The notes: generated from the letters alone by a model not told the origin. A stretch of 64,000 bases of DNA from Eledone cirrhosa (GCA_964016885.1 OZ024742.1:334614001-334678000); one strand, 5' to 3'; shown: positions 1 to 13,829, counted from the first letter of the stretch. Numbers and translations are program-made.

Positions 1-1140
1 TTTATAATGACACACAACCCATGTCACCAGAATATCTTCAACACTGCCAAAGCAAACCTACCGATCATTGCTCAAAGTAATGAATTAAAAGGCTTAATCA
101 CAGATCGATCTTTGACTCTTAGTAAAAGACAGCCAAAAAATTTGAAGCAATTGCTAACAAAAGCAAAGTTTGACCTTAACAACAAAGACCAATCATTCAC
201 TGTATCTAAATGCAATGATAATCGATGCGGCACATGTCAATCCATACACGCCGGTCAATATATGAAAACAAAAACTGGAAAAATATTCACAAATGCAAAT
301 ATGAACTGCAAAAGCAGAAATCTAATTTACTGCATTAAATGCCCGAATTGTGAAGAACTATATGTCGGTCAAACTGGAAATGCACTATCGGAACGTGCAC
401 GGGTACACCGTCAACAAATCAGAGACCCAAATGTCCGTCAGATACCCCTAAGCGGCCACCTGGCAACATGTGGTCAGGGAATATTTATAATATTCCCATT
501 CTACAAATTACACAGCCCAAATGAAATCAAGAGAAAAATCAAAGAAAAGAATTTTATTGATAAATTCAAACCCAAGCTAAATGAACAATAATAACGCCTA
601 GGGGTATTACTTCTACTACCACTATGACCACGACCACTAACAACAACAACAACAACAATAATAATAATAATAAAAGTGATGTTGATGGTGATGATTAATA
701 GAAAATGCTATTTTCATCATTTCAAAAAAGCAAAACAATTGATACGTTGGATAAGACTATTGGTCGTTAGCATGCTCAACCAGCCGTGACGCTTAAACCA
801 ATCAGCTGTAGTAATTCAGTGAAACTACACACTGATTGGTCGAAATACAGTTTACAGGGCTTTGCATTCTGGAGCCACTTTTCTCTGTATAAAATGTATA
901 AAAGGTAGGAAATTTACCCATCTCATTACAGTTGAAAATTGCAAACTCGACTGTCACCACATATCATGAACCTGAAGATTGCGAAAGCATGAAAGTACTT
1001 GTTCAATTAACACTTAGAATTTAATATTCTATCATACTATTTCATTATAATACCATATTATATATATTTTAAAGGATTGTAAATAAAACGAGTAAATCAG
1101 ACAAAGTTGGAATTCCTCTTATTAATATAATCTTCTATAC
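1..1140 (+). mobile_element. 3' part of a Penelope-like retroelement (GIY-YIG endonuclease end plus 3' UTR/pLTR), cut by the window start
   Basis: ORF 7-591 has a CxxxxCxxC linker and a GIY-YIG motif (NLIYCIKCPNCEELYVGQTG...RARVH...E...KPKLN). The downstream region carries a hammerhead and ends at (TA)n. Confidence 0.88.
967..1005 (+). ncRNA. Minimal type I hammerhead ribozyme in a PLE pLTR
   Basis: TGAAC-CTGAAGA-tTGC gaaa GCAt-GAAA-GTAC-TT-GTTCA: 5-bp stem I, canonical core, palindromic stem III (AGTACT), predicted CUU cleavage site. Confidence 0.85.
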
Positions 1141-1181
1141 ACAATCATACACACCCGTGTATATTTACCTATCTATATCTA

Positions 1182-1239
<58 letters not shown>

Positions 1240-2242
1240 TATATATTTATTCATATATATATATTTATTCCTTATATATATATATGTTTATATATTTATT
1301 CATATATATATATTTATTCATTATATATATATATATATATATATATATGCGTGTGTGTGTGTGTGTATGCTTGGCCAGTTACCGATGTAATTAACTGGTG
1401 TGGACGCTTGCATATTACCTGATATATATATTTATATATATTTGAAAAAAGGAAAAGAATGACTTCACTTGTAGTCCTACACAATTATATTTAATTTTAT
1501 AATATTATAATATTCTGAGTTGGTAGATCTAGTAAGTTCTTTGTTAACTTCGGTGGGAACATTTTTTAAGATTCCTGGTTAACTTTCCTGGAGAACCTTC
1601 TCTCATTTTCAAACTGAGATCAGGTTGTGTTGTCATGTGTAACTCTATATATAAGAGAGATTTTTGTGGGGGTTTTTTGGGTGTTGTGCGGTCTTAATTA
1701 GTGTGGGTGTGAAGGAGTGTTGATGAAGAGTTAAAGGAATTAAAGGATACACATATACAGACATACATATATATACACATACACACATATAGACATATAT
1801 AAACCGTGCTGTTTAAGAAAGGAGCTGTAAAAGTGCCCTCCTGATGGTTCCATTTCAATAAATGACCTTTGATGAATATAATGGCAGGATGTTTTTCAAA
1901 TGTGTTTCTTATAGTTGAATCAACTCTCTATTCTATAAAGAATACCTTCAACAATTTTCTATATTAAAGATGAATTCAGGTGTGTGTCTGGTGGCGGTGT
2001 GGGGTTAATGTCTTTTGATAAGAAAGAGATGACAGCAAAGAAAAGAAGTTAGTTTTGGACAGCAAAGAAAAGAAGATAGTTTTGGAATATTTGTCAGAAA
2101 TGTATGTTCATATTGGTTTGGTAAGTGAAATGTGTGTGGGGGGGGGGGGAATGCTAGCTCACTTCCCTACATGTAAATGTACATACAGGCCATATATATT
2201 ATATACATACACACATACGTACATACACACACACACACACAC

Positions 2243-2285
<43 letters not shown>

Positions 2286-2289
<4 letters not shown>

Positions 2290-2643
2290 GTGTTCGGGAT
2301 AAATTTGACAGAATAATATTTGGTTGTTTTTTCAGATGTTTTAAATTCATTCATGCCCACTAGGTTTTATTTGAAAGTTTAAACCCTCCTTCATTCATAT
2401 ATGTGATGACAACGAGAATGGATGACTGGGAGCCACCTGAATCATGAAAGAGAATAACTTGTATCATGATGATTCGCGCCGCCCATCAAAATAAGGATAT
2501 TATGGTCACTGCTCAATGCTCCCTGAACACTGTAAAAACAATCCGGCATGAACTGGAGAATTGCAATGGAGACTACGAGGCTGTGGCTAGAAGAAAGAAA
2601 CATAACAGAAGATCTGATTGCTCTCGCACAGCAAAATTCATCG
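2286..2643 (+). mobile_element. 5' fragment of a Tc1/mariner-superfamily DNA transposon
   Basis: Begins TA|CAGAGTGTTCGGGATAAATT next to (TA)n. It encodes an N-terminal HTH-like peptide (CSLNTVKTIRHEL...ARRKKHNRRSDCSRTAKFI) with an upstream in-frame stop. Confidence 0.6.
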
Positions 2644-2753
2644 ATATATATATACATATATATATTTCTTTTTCTTGAACATTTAATGTATATACATATA
2701 TATATATATATATAATTCTTGAACATTTAATGTATATTTTCATTTGTACTTAG

Positions 2754-2820
2754 TCGATTCTGAAGAGTTATAACAGTCATGGAATATTCTTGTTATTCTA
2801 CGGAAACGATCGTAAATCAA
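2754..2820 (+). ncRNA. Hammerhead ribozyme motif in a PLE pLTR remnant (long, imperfect stem II)
   Basis: GATT-CTGAAGA-(36 nt)-GAAA-CGATCG-TA-AATC, with palindromic stem III ACGATCGT and a GUA site. The remnant ends at (TA)n at 2860. Confidence 0.72.
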
Positions 2821-2856
2821 TTAAATGTTTTAATTCAAATCCTTGGTTATTGTTAT

Positions 2857-2919
<63 letters not shown>

Positions 2920-3293
2920 AAGATGAATATAAAAATGTATAATCAGTTGTCACTTCTTCAGAGATATTGGATACATTGGAAAAAATCAGAAAAATTGAAG
3001 TATTTATATTAATTGTAAGAAAGGAAGAGGAGAGAGGGTAGTACATGACTTATAGCAATTCAATTTACTGGTAAACAAGTATCTAAAAGGTTTCTAATGA
3101 GAATACAATGAGTATATGGTTTATTTTATCTAAATAAGAATTTTTGTGAGTGCCTATTTTAATCTATACTTGACCAATTGAACAATGGACAGGGCTGTTC
3201 GGAATATAATTTATACTCGTTGAGCAAACATACACGTGCGCTGTTCATCTCTAACGTGACGATATATTATCACTGCATTATTGATAACCTGAA

Positions 3294-3328
<35 letters not shown>

Positions 3329-3365
3329 ATAACAATAACCAAGGATGTGTGTGTATATATATATC

Positions 3366-3468
<103 letters not shown>

Positions 3469-4211
3469 CCGTGTGTGTGTATCCGTGTGTGTGTGTGTGT
3501 ATAAATATGATTGAAATGAATTGAAGTGGTGAGTGTAAAAAGATTATCAATAATTGTAGGAATCTCAAACGGGAATAGCTGCAAAATAGCCAGCTACTAT
3601 TATACATACCAAAATATCTGGTTAAAATATAACCTCATGTGAGCGGGAAAATGGTCAGAGAAGAGGGAAGAAAGGGAGAGAATGAAAGAAAAGAAATCTA
3701 AAGTATATGCTAGGAAATTAGAGAAACATATACAATATACATATTTAGTGAGCTGGTCCCAGGGTTACTTACTCCAGTAAGTACCACCGGATCCCAACTA
3801 CTAAATTTAATAGAAATATGAGATAGAAGAATGTTCATACAATATCATGCCGTGTGAGAATTATCTCTCACTACAAGAATTAATGACTGAAATCAACGAA
3901 TTTCTCAAAGCGAGTATCAAAAATAACTTGCATTTATTGTAGTCCATGTTTCAAACGTGGTAAACAAATATCCTCGTGGCATAACGAGGTGTAATACTGA
4001 ACCATGAGATGTGGTTGGAAAAAGTTAGCGTGCTTGCGCTCGATGTGATCAGTTTGAGAAAAGACGCCAAAAAGAGGAAGATGGATTTCAGTTTCCTCTT
4101 TTATAATCCCTTGATCGGAAGTTAAAAGGAAGGTTCTAGAATTCTAACGGGAAGTAACTCTAGCTACTTCCCTTGTCTAGAGAGCGCTACACACACGCAC
4201 ACACACACACA

Positions 4212-4290
<79 letters not shown>

Positions 4291-5060
4291 GAATAAAGTT
4301 AGTCCTTCATCAGTGATCTTCCAACCATCATTGGTATTTCATCGCTTTAAAGACCATATACCTCCGGTTGGTGCGAGCAACGGCTAAAAAAGTCGTTGGG
4401 ACACGTAAATAAAGGGGACACGAGAGTGTAAACAAACAAAGTGGTGAAGCAACGAAAAGTGAGGAAGAAGGAGTCAAGTCCCAAATTTCCATGAATATAA
4501 GTTCGGTGAAATCGTGAACGAGAGAGAATAATGACCATCAAACCTGGTTGGAATGTGAGCAAGGAAGGAATTCCGTGCAGGTCTAACGGGAGGGAAAAGG
4601 GATCTAGTCTGTGAATTCGGTGAACGTAAGTTCTGTGAAATCGTAGACGAGAGAGGGAAAAAGCGACCTGCCTGACCAAGGGGGCGAAAGATAAGAATTA
4701 CGCACAGGTCAAACGGGAAGAAGGAGGAGGAGGAGGAGAGGTAGTAACAGAGAGTGAGTGAGTGAAGGGTGAGGAAGAGGCTAACAGAGGGAGTGACTGT
4801 TAGAGAGGGTAAAGATACAGAGAAAAGAGGAAGCAGTAAGAACGAAATAGACAGTTCACAGCGGGGAAATATATGTGTAAATATGAGAATAAACGTGGTG
4901 CGTGGTTGCTAATGGGTTACATATGAATAAAGTTAGTCCTTCATCAGTGATCTTCCAACCATCATTGGTATTTCATCGCTTTAAAGACCATATACCTCCG
5001 GTTGGTGCGAGCAACGGCTAAAAAAGGTCGTTGGGATACGTAAATAAAGGGGACACGAGA

Positions 5061-5062
<2 letters not shown>
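4291..5062 (-). mobile_element. Non-coding element with about 137-bp direct terminal repeats, inside (TA)n (putative non-autonomous PLE derivative)
   Basis: 4291-4427 and 4925-5062 are nearly identical. Both outer ends abut (TA)n and there is no credible ORF. Strand is inferred from a CTGATGA half-core. Confidence 0.6.
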
Positions 5063-5106
<44 letters not shown>

Positions 5107-5112
5107 ATACAT

Positions 5113-5142
<30 letters not shown>

Positions 5143-5143
<1 letters not shown>

Positions 5144-5306
5144 ACGAAGGAAATGTGGTAAGGAACCAGGTGGACCATAACGCACCAAGGTACTCAATAC
5201 TTAGGGTAGTAGAGTGGGTAATAGGAACGACTAGGTCCCCGACGGCTGAGCTCAAGCCGTTTCGACGGCTTGAGCTCAGCCGTCGGGGTCCTACTCGTTC
5301 CTATTA
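5143..5306 (-). mobile_element. Fold-back pLTR remnant, family F1, with the 3' half of a hammerhead
   Basis: Arms 5219-5260 and 5265-5306 are inverted. The minus strand reads GTC-GAAA-CGGCTTGAGCTCAGCCG-TC-GGGG. Homologous to 6562-6660 and 34562-34750, and flanked by (TA)n. Confidence 0.75.
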
Positions 5307-5479
5307 TATATATATATATATATATATAAAGGTTGACGGACCCAGCATATTTACCAATGCCAGTACCGGTTGTATCTCAGCGCACTCAATGAGCAAAGTA
5401 ACATACATTACCAGAGTATACACATAGTTATTTGACTCAACACAACACACGTAAATCAGGTGCCTATAAGTCGAATTAG

Positions 5480-5775
5480 ACACAAACAGCCAACAACAGA
5501 GGACACGTTCTATTCCTCTCCGACAGATAACCTTTTTCCCCCGGAAAACCCCCAGTTGATGGATGCGAATCCGAAATATAGGGACAATTAAATCTCTCCC
5601 AAGGTAACTCTCTCTCGTGTTATCATTATTTTTTTTACGCTCTTTCCTACGTTCTACACACTTTACATCTCATTCTACATTCCCTTACATCTCTCTCTTC
5701 ACCACCGGATCCTGTTACCCAGAGAATTACCCATCTGCATTGTTGAGGCTTCCAAAACGACCGAAAGATAATAAA
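5480..5775 (+). mobile_element. Diverged solo pLTR related to the PLE at 26.5-29.8 kb
   Basis: Aligns by eye with 29455-29770 and 13370-13690 (CCGACAGA..CCCAGTTGATGGAT..AAATCTCTCCCAAGGTAACT..CACCACCGGA). Confidence 0.8.
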
Positions 5776-5934
5776 TCATATATATATATCACATAAGAAA
5801 CGGAGAATCGGTGGTGCGACGAATATGATTTATTAGACATATAATCTTTTTTCTGTGATATTATACGCTGCTCTGTAAGAGCATAGAGTGCTAAAACGGC
5901 CTACCGCATACGGACGCTTTAAGCATCCCACACC

Positions 5935-6085
<151 letters not shown>

Positions 6086-6451
6086 AAGAATGAGAGAGTG
6101 AGTGAGAGAGAGAGAGAAGGGGCAGAAAAGCAAGAATGCGAAAGATGGACAAACAATTTTTGAATAACAAAAGAGAAATCAGAGGAGAAAGGATGAAGAG
6201 AGTATATTAAAAAGAAATAAAAAAAACTATAGCGTTGTAATCACCTCATTAGCTTCCTTAGAGAGCAAGGTGATGTCGTAATTAAGGCTAACCCACGCAA
6301 CAGAATCAAAATGTCTGTTAGTATGACGTTGGTATAAAGAGAAATGCGCGTATTCGAGAGATGATAATGTGAATTTAAATAAATTTTGTATATACATACA
6401 CACACATACATATATATACACACACACACGCACACACACGCACACACATAC

Positions 6452-6553
<102 letters not shown>

Positions 6554-6561
6554 ATATATAT

Positions 6562-6655
6562 AATGAAGCAGATGTGGCAAGGTACCAGAAGGACCATAAC
6601 GCACCAAAGTACTCAATACTTAGGTTAGTAGAGTGGGTAATAGGAAAACGTTTTT

Positions 6656-6660
<5 letters not shown>
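6562..6660 (-). mobile_element. Short fold-back remnant, family F1
   Basis: Matches 5143-5227 and ends in the small hairpin ATAGGAAAA-CG-TTTTTCCTAT. Flanked by (TA)n. Confidence 0.72.
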
Positions 6661-6702
<42 letters not shown>

Positions 6703-6982
6703 AGAATAGAATTGGGTGTATAGTTGCTAGTGAAGGTAGGCTAAAAATTGGAATGAGAACAAGAAGAAAGCAAGAACGGGCGGGAGGGAGTTTTCCTCAT
6801 CAGCTGTCTACTGGGGGTGTCGTATATTTCAATATATCTATCTCCAGAGCGTTCAATAACTGGGTAGGTTATTGGGAAAATGGAGGAGGGAGGGAGGGAA
6901 GCAAAATAGAAGGGAATATACATACCTATATATACATAGATATATTGTATAAATATATGCATATATACATATATATATATAT

Positions 6983-7151
6983 TTAATATAGAAATGGCTT
7001 CTACAGGACTAGAACTGTTTCATTCGGGAGAAATCATCAGGATGAATCAGTTCTAGTCCTGTAGAACCCATTTATATATTAAATATCTATACTCTGCTAT
7101 GTATGGAGTACCTTACCTACTTTGGTTACCCCCGATTGAACCCGGGATAAA

Positions 7152-7155
<4 letters not shown>
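6983..7155 (+). mobile_element. Fold-back pLTR remnant, family F2, with a hammerhead core on the minus arm
   Basis: Inverted arms at about 6983-7018 and 7048-7083. Minus strand 6995-7041 reads CTGATGA-TTTC tccc GAAT-GAAA-CAG ttctagtc CTG-TA-GAAGCC. Homologous to 20237-20440 in reverse orientation. Confidence 0.75.
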
Positions 7156-7198
<43 letters not shown>

Positions 7199-8907
7199 CT
7201 AGCAGATTTACCCGGCGTTGCTCGGGGTTTGAAATTATGCTAAGAATATACAGCTAGGAAGTAAAAGAAGAACATTATTTGTCCCCAACCTGTCAAAATA
7301 AGCAGAAGTCTTCAATAATTAATGCAAACGAATATTTAGTGCAATCTTTGTACATATAAAACTATGCTGATAATAAAGGAAAACACTGAACAGGATGTAT
7401 TTATACAAATGATTAAAGACAATACACGTTGCAAATCTGTAAAAAACAGGCAGTTTTTCTAAAGTTCAAAAAGTTGTAATGAAAGCAGAGTTGTATACAA
7501 ACAAACAAAAAACAATGAGAGTAGAATAAGAGAAAATCTATTCTTTGAGAGCATCCTTTGCTGTGTATGGTTAAATTTTGAACTTATAATCCATAATATC
7601 CTGTATGACATATTCATTGGTATGTTTTGTAATGAGTAAGGGGAAGTCAAGGCAGAGCTGTAATAAGACATTTTGTTAACACTAAAGCACTTCAGGATAG
7701 ACGATATTCTTTGTTTTTCTTTTCGGAACAAACGCAAAGAGATTATCTCGACTGCCAACTCGTGAGCAGGCAACGTAGAATTGTCCGTGCAAAAAGCAAG
7801 GTTCATCCAAGTGAATTCCAGTGACGGACAGAGTTTGACCTTGCGACTTGTTTATGGACATCGCAAAAGCAACGCGATGTGGAAATTGGGTTCGGCGAAA
7901 GGAAAAGGGAGTATCCACGCCTGATGTAGTCAGGCTAATTTTTGTTATTATCACATCCTCGCCTTTTCCACATCCGGATAGGATGGTAGCGTCAATAGTA
8001 AGTGGAGACAGTTTTTTGTACCATTGCATAGTTTTGGAGGAGTGATATATCTTAGCAAAATAACTGGCGTTCCCTCTTTCAGAACCAATGTATTAGGAGG
8101 TAAACCAGGAGGATTTAAAGAATTTAGAAATTCAACTGGATAGTTGACCGCATCCTGTATAGATTTATATATCCGTGGACATCCAGGAAGAATCCTGTTC
8201 AGTATGTTCCTTCATTGTCAAAAAGGTTTGATGTGTACGAATACAGCTGGAAGCATAGATAATGCCTGCCTCAAATGTGGACGAAATTACTTTAAAAATG
8301 TAAAAGCTGTAGGTCTCAATGGTTTGAATGGAAAGTCCCATAAGGATTGTTCGAAAAATAAACAAACCATCATCAAAATCTCGTCAATTCGAGACTGCTG
8401 CGAGATTAGGCCCTTACCGCGAAAATTAACACTTAATATAGTGAAACAAGTTAAAACAAGTATTGTTTTTTAACTTTGGAAGTGCAACAAAGAATAAACA
8501 AGAAACAAACGATAATATTAGTGATTTATCTTCAAATGAATCTGATGTTTATATTTCTGAAATTTCGTCCGACGATGATTGTTGTTTTAAAATTGAAAAC
8601 GAAGGTCTCCATATCTCACTCTCTTTATAAGAATTGTCAATAAAGTTGGTTATCTCCCTTTTTTTATAAGGATTGTCAATAAAGTTGGTTATCTCCCTTA
8701 CATTAATTTTGCTACCGATAATTTTGATATCGATTTCTTTTGCTCAACGTGGGTCGATTGGAAAGATTTTTGTAATGTGACCATCATAGCGACCTGTGCA
8801 ACGTGCACAGAAAATTTGGTCAAATTCAGTTGGTAATTGTAAAAGCGTTAGGTATCCAAAGTTGTACACAGACACACACACATGCTCGCTTTTATTTATT
8901 ATAAGGA
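7199..8907 (-). mobile_element. Internally deleted Helitron with a PIF1-helicase C-terminal remnant
   Basis: 5' end A|TCCTTATAATAAATAAAAGC. 3' hairpin CCCGAGCAACGCCGGG followed by CTAG|T. 7682-8170 encodes [16 protein letters not shown] and QFP..AFAMSINKSQGQTL..HGQFYVACSRV..TKNIVYPEVL. Confidence 0.92.
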
Positions 8908-8911
8908 TATA

Positions 8912-8955
<44 letters not shown>

Positions 8956-9324
8956 TGTGTGTGTGAGTGTGTGTGTGTGTGTGTGTGTATATGAATGTTT
9001 AATTTTTGTTTCTTTACGTTCTCTAGCAAAAACATTTTGCTTCTGAGAAGAAGGAAACATACAGGGATTGTATCAGCGCTGATACAATATGTCTGATGTC
9101 AAATTCAGGTGTTATAAATGATATTTTACATACATCACTGTCATATATGGAAGGATGTTTTTTATTAATGTATTTTCTTTATGTGTGAACCTTCTCAGTA
9201 AATGGTGGAACATTTTAACCACACATTGTGATGGATTCCCCGTCGATTTTGATGCAGAGTATTTAGGTTTTCGTTTAATTGAACGTCCAACTCATGAAGT
9301 AACATGTAAAGACAATTGCTCAAA

Positions 9325-9445
9325 TTATTACGCAGTGTGATATAATCCGTGACTACTTTATTATGCAGTGTGATATAATCCGACACTATTTATTACGCAG
9401 TGTGATCTAATCCGAGACTACTTTATTACGCAGTATTATCTATTC
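9325..9445. repeat. Minisatellite, about 4 copies of a 31-33-bp unit
   Basis: Repeated TACTTTATTACGCAGTGTGATATAATCCGAC-like units. Confidence 0.85.
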
Positions 9446-10282
9446 CAAAACCACATCATTTTGAATCGAACTTCTTAAAACATTTTCAATATTTTGTCGA
9501 TGTAATACTAAAAACTCGGAGAGATAAACTGTTGGATAACATAATTTAAATTTACCAAAAATGTGGCAAAAATACCCTCTTGCGTTTGTTTGATTGTTTT
9601 AGTCAGCATTCAAAAATAGTTTGATTTCCATTTCACACCTTACCCCTTTGTATTCAGGTTTTAATGGACTTCACGGAGCTTTGTTTAATTTAGTGTTCCA
9701 GCTACGGTTTCGATGAAAAGTTGTTTAATAATTGTTTCTACTTTAGGCACAAGGCCAGCAATTCCCCAATGAAATGTAATTTGTCAGATGTTTATTGAAT
9801 GCTTCACTCGTAGGCAGCTCACGTTTAAAATATTGTTCGAAACATTATTCTAATATAAGATTTCTGCTTCACATTATCCATCTCTTTTATTCAGTATTGT
9901 CCGGGTAATTCTGATATTTAGAAAGTTGTCCGCTTTTTTCTTGTATCACTAAATGATATAATGTCAAGTTCGTTCATGTACATCCTACCACAAATTGTAT
10001 GGATCTTCCATTGTATACCCAGCTATAATTTGATCGGTTTTCCATATCTGTATCTCGCTACATATTGTTCAATTGTTTTACATGAATACCTGATCACAAT
10101 GTTTTCATATTTCTATATTTCTAAACATTGTCCAATTTTCTCTGATTATAGTCAACACTTGGGTCTCTCTTCTCTATGCATCAATCAAATCAAACCAGTA
10201 ATCAAATCAAACCAGCTATCCTTCCCATATCTCTTCATAATTTTCGGTACACACGTTTCCCGCTCTCCATGTTTTGTAATAG

Positions 10283-10445
10283 TTCCAGTGGCGCTACATG
10301 TGGCATCCAAGACAAGTGGGTTACCACCGCGAAACGGGACGATGGTCATGCCGTCTCGCCTTTTGTCGTCCCCTCTGTCAAGCCCCACCGGCACGAGCTG
10401 GGAGAGGAATCCTGCAGCATCTAAGCCCTCCAGTTGTTCTTGAAT
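10283..10445 (-). pseudogene. Fragment of the restriction-like endonuclease of a CRE-type non-LTR retrotransposon
   Basis: PVGLDRGDDKRRDGMTIVPFRGGNPLVLDATC resembles the CRE-clade EPxGLxRxDGKRPDGxTxxPW...WDxT motif. Confidence 0.65.
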
Positions 10446-12005
10446 ACGTTTCGATGGTAGTCACTAGTAGAACTTCTACCAGAGCCTCTCTGTTCTTTGG
10501 TCGAGTGCTTGTCTCTTGGTTTAATTCTGTTCATCAAACGTGATCTATCGCTTAAGTTATATTTTACGCATCCTTTGAAGAGAATCCCTTTACATATTCT
10601 AAAACAAGTGCGGTGGATTATGTCTTCGGAATCTTTCGGATATTACCTCGCTTGATAAATTTTACTTGTAGGAAAGTACCAAGCTACAATAGACATGGAA
10701 TATATCACCATTTCTAAGAATACGAACTCTTTCCGGAATATATTAATGAGAAAACCATCTGTGAACCGTTTGTGTTTGCTGATATATTTTTTACCCTCAA
10801 GGGTATGAAATATTTGGCATGTAGTTGGCGGATCAATCACATTCATTTAACAGTTGTAAACCATGTCATGTCTAGTTTTGGTGTTGTGACATTGAGATCA
10901 TATATTATTAATTGCCGTCATCACAAAAGTTACAAATATATATATTTATTTTTAGTAATTTAAAGATAGATATTCGATTTGCGTTTCTTTTTTTTTTTTT
11001 TTATGCATCTGTCATGCCAATTTAATATTTCGATATTATCATACAGGTACTCTTTTACTCTTTTACCTGTTCCAGCTATCCGGCTGAGGCCATGCTGGTG
11101 CACAAGGGAAATTTACATTGTGACAAGAGGAAAAATAAAATAAGAAAGAATTAAAGGTTCGGAAAAAAACTTTACAAACATAGCTGGACAGTATATGATA
11201 GCTGCGCCAGAACCGGAAAAGATGGCGAAAGTATTGACACGGAGACAGTCGGGGATGCTCACTGCATCCGTTATTTCACCTCACGGCGCTCCTATCTCAC
11301 GCGTGAGCCCACCTCACGATTTGAATAAAAGGTAATCTTGTGACCTAGGGAATCGGAGGTTGCTTTGTCATGTTAAAACACCGTGGATGGATTGTTATAT
11401 ATATAATAAACACCGATGCATTAATTCCTCGTGGAATCGACGAGGTGCCGTTGTGATATTTGGTGGTGGCCATCCTTCTCCTGGTGCAACAGAGGTTTCT
11501 TCCAAAGAAGAGATATAAAGGGGAATAGAAGAAAAATCGACGCAGTATTTCACTGATATTTTGTTTGTTGACCCCTAAAATATGAAAGGTAAAGTTGGGC
11601 TCGGCAAGATTTGAACTCAGAACGCAGAGACCAAATACAGAAAATTATTCTATCTGACTTTCTAATAAATATGCCAGAATATACTTCCGTTTGATAACGT
11701 ATATATATCAGACGTTAAGCATTCAGATTTCGGCGGTAATATCTTCATCAATTACGTTGAACCGATTATCTATAAACGTTAAGATCACTTCGTCCAGATC
11801 ATGAGACTAAGGAATATCAATTACCTGGTTTATGGATATGGAAATATTAGTTTTTCAAACGAATTGCGACAATGTTTACGAAATTTGAGGGAAAACATCA
11901 GAAAAAATATTAAAACAGAATAAAGACGAGCAGTCAGACAGCCAATACAGTATTTTGTTTCTAAAAAAAATTGTTCACTACGCACACATAGACATACGCA
12001 TAGAC

Positions 12006-12045
<40 letters not shown>

Positions 12046-12122
12046 ATGTGTGTGTGACAGAGTGTATGTGAGATAGAGAGTGTGTGCGTATATGCGATAT
12101 ATGTATATATATATATATATGC

Positions 12123-12183
<61 letters not shown>

Positions 12184-12205
12184 CATGTATGTATATGTAT
12201 ATGTG

Positions 12206-12236
<31 letters not shown>

Positions 12237-12464
12237 ACATGAGCCTGAACATACTAATACATTTTTTCTAAACGCTTTTCATCAAACACACTCACACACA
12301 TATGTGTGTCTGCGTGAGTGTGCATGTATGCATGTATCTATGTCTCATTATTTGTGTGTATATATAAATGTATGTGGTAATATTTATACATATAAAAAAA
12401 AAATATATATATATACACCATCACACATATATATATATATACACACGCACGGATGTATCTCTCA

Positions 12465-12496
<32 letters not shown>

Positions 12497-13015
12497 ATGT
12501 ATACGACTGACTTACATTTCCCGTGCACCGTCTTAACTGATGAGAAATTAACCGTTAAATCGACCGCCAAAATACTTTGTAAATCTGTAAATGGCGGAAG
12601 AAGAGAGTAACTCATCTGAATAGCAATTACAAGTCATTATCAAGTTCTAGAGCCACTGGAAATTATTTTTTCATCATTGAAGTTGGAATGAGACTAAAGA
12701 GACCTAAGACAGAGAGTTGTAAAATATTAATATTTTGTAAGTAAATAGATATATAAATACAAAAATATGGCGCTTTCTTGATGGTCGCATTAAAGTCGTT
12801 ATCAAAACATTAACATATTTCGTGTATATGAGCATATGTTTACAAAAAGATCAAACACATACACGTACGTACAAACACACATTCACACAGAAAAAAATGA
12901 TACAGAAATATACGTGCTTTGGAGGAGGAGGATGTGTGGCTAAGTAGTTCTCCGTGCTACTCCGCTATTCTGGGTTTGATCCCACTCCGTAGCACACTGT
13001 CTTGTATTATAGCTC

Positions 13016-13046
<31 letters not shown>

Positions 13047-13086
13047 GAGAGAGATCTAGCTTATATATATATATGTATATATATAT

Positions 13087-13690
13087 ATATAGCTTATATA
13101 TATATAAGCGAGACAGCAACACACGCACACACACACACATACACACACACACTAGCATTCCACCATATGAACATACTACACTGCCAATACAGAGGAACAA
13201 GGCAACAACACACGCACACACACACAGTAACATTAACCAAACAGGCAGAAAATGGACTGACAGCTCGCGCCACCCGACTCCCACAATTGAAAGAAGTACT
13301 TCGGCCGCTGACCGACCCCATTTCACGCGCACGCGCCTGTGCTGAATACCTCAGATATTCAAAACAACGAACAGAGGAGGACACGTTTCGCACCTTTCCG
13401 ACAGACAACCCCCCCCCCCCCCCCTCCCCCCAAAAAACACCCCAGTTAATGGATGTGAATCCAAAATATATAGGGACAATTAAATCTCTCCCAGGGTAAC
13501 TTTATCTCGTGTTATTTTTATTTTTATCCTTTACGCTCTTTCCTTCATTCTTCTACACGCTACAGTCTTCTACACGCCACGCATCTCAACGTACACCCAC
13601 TTACATCTCTCTCTCCACCACCGGATCTTGCCACCCGGAGATTTACTCATCTGCATTGTCGAGGCTTCTAAACGACTTAAAGAAATATAT
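13087..13690 (+). mobile_element. 5'-truncated copy (3' UTR plus pLTR) of the PLE family at 26.5-29.8 kb
   Basis: Colinear with 29165-29770 and flanked by TA-rich repeats. Confidence 0.88.
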
Positions 13691-13829
13691 GTGTATATAA
13701 ATATATATAGCTCATATATATATGAGGACATTTCATTTGGTTTTGAAAGCTTTCATTTATCTACCTCTTTACCGACAGACAGTTATGTGGTCCTCACATT
13801 CTTGTTCGATTAACCCTTTACTATAATAA

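Noticed and set aside
1570-1620. Minus-strand TTGAAAA...GAAA-GTTAAC hammerhead-like string
   Set aside because: There is no UH cleavage site and no stem I pairing; at best it is highly decayed.
6785-6810. CTGATGA on the minus strand with a small GGA/TCC stem
   Set aside because: No GAAA or stem III follows.
9325-9445. Regular repeats of about 32 bp suggesting a CRISPR array
   Set aside because: The units are directly tandem with no unique spacers, the context is eukaryotic, and there are no cas genes.
11195-11336. GC-richer short frame ending at AAG|GTAATC, a possible host exon
   Set aside because: No recognisable protein similarity or partner exons.
12535-12570. CTGATGA followed by a weak hairpin
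   Set aside because: It has GACC instead of GAAA and no stem I or III.
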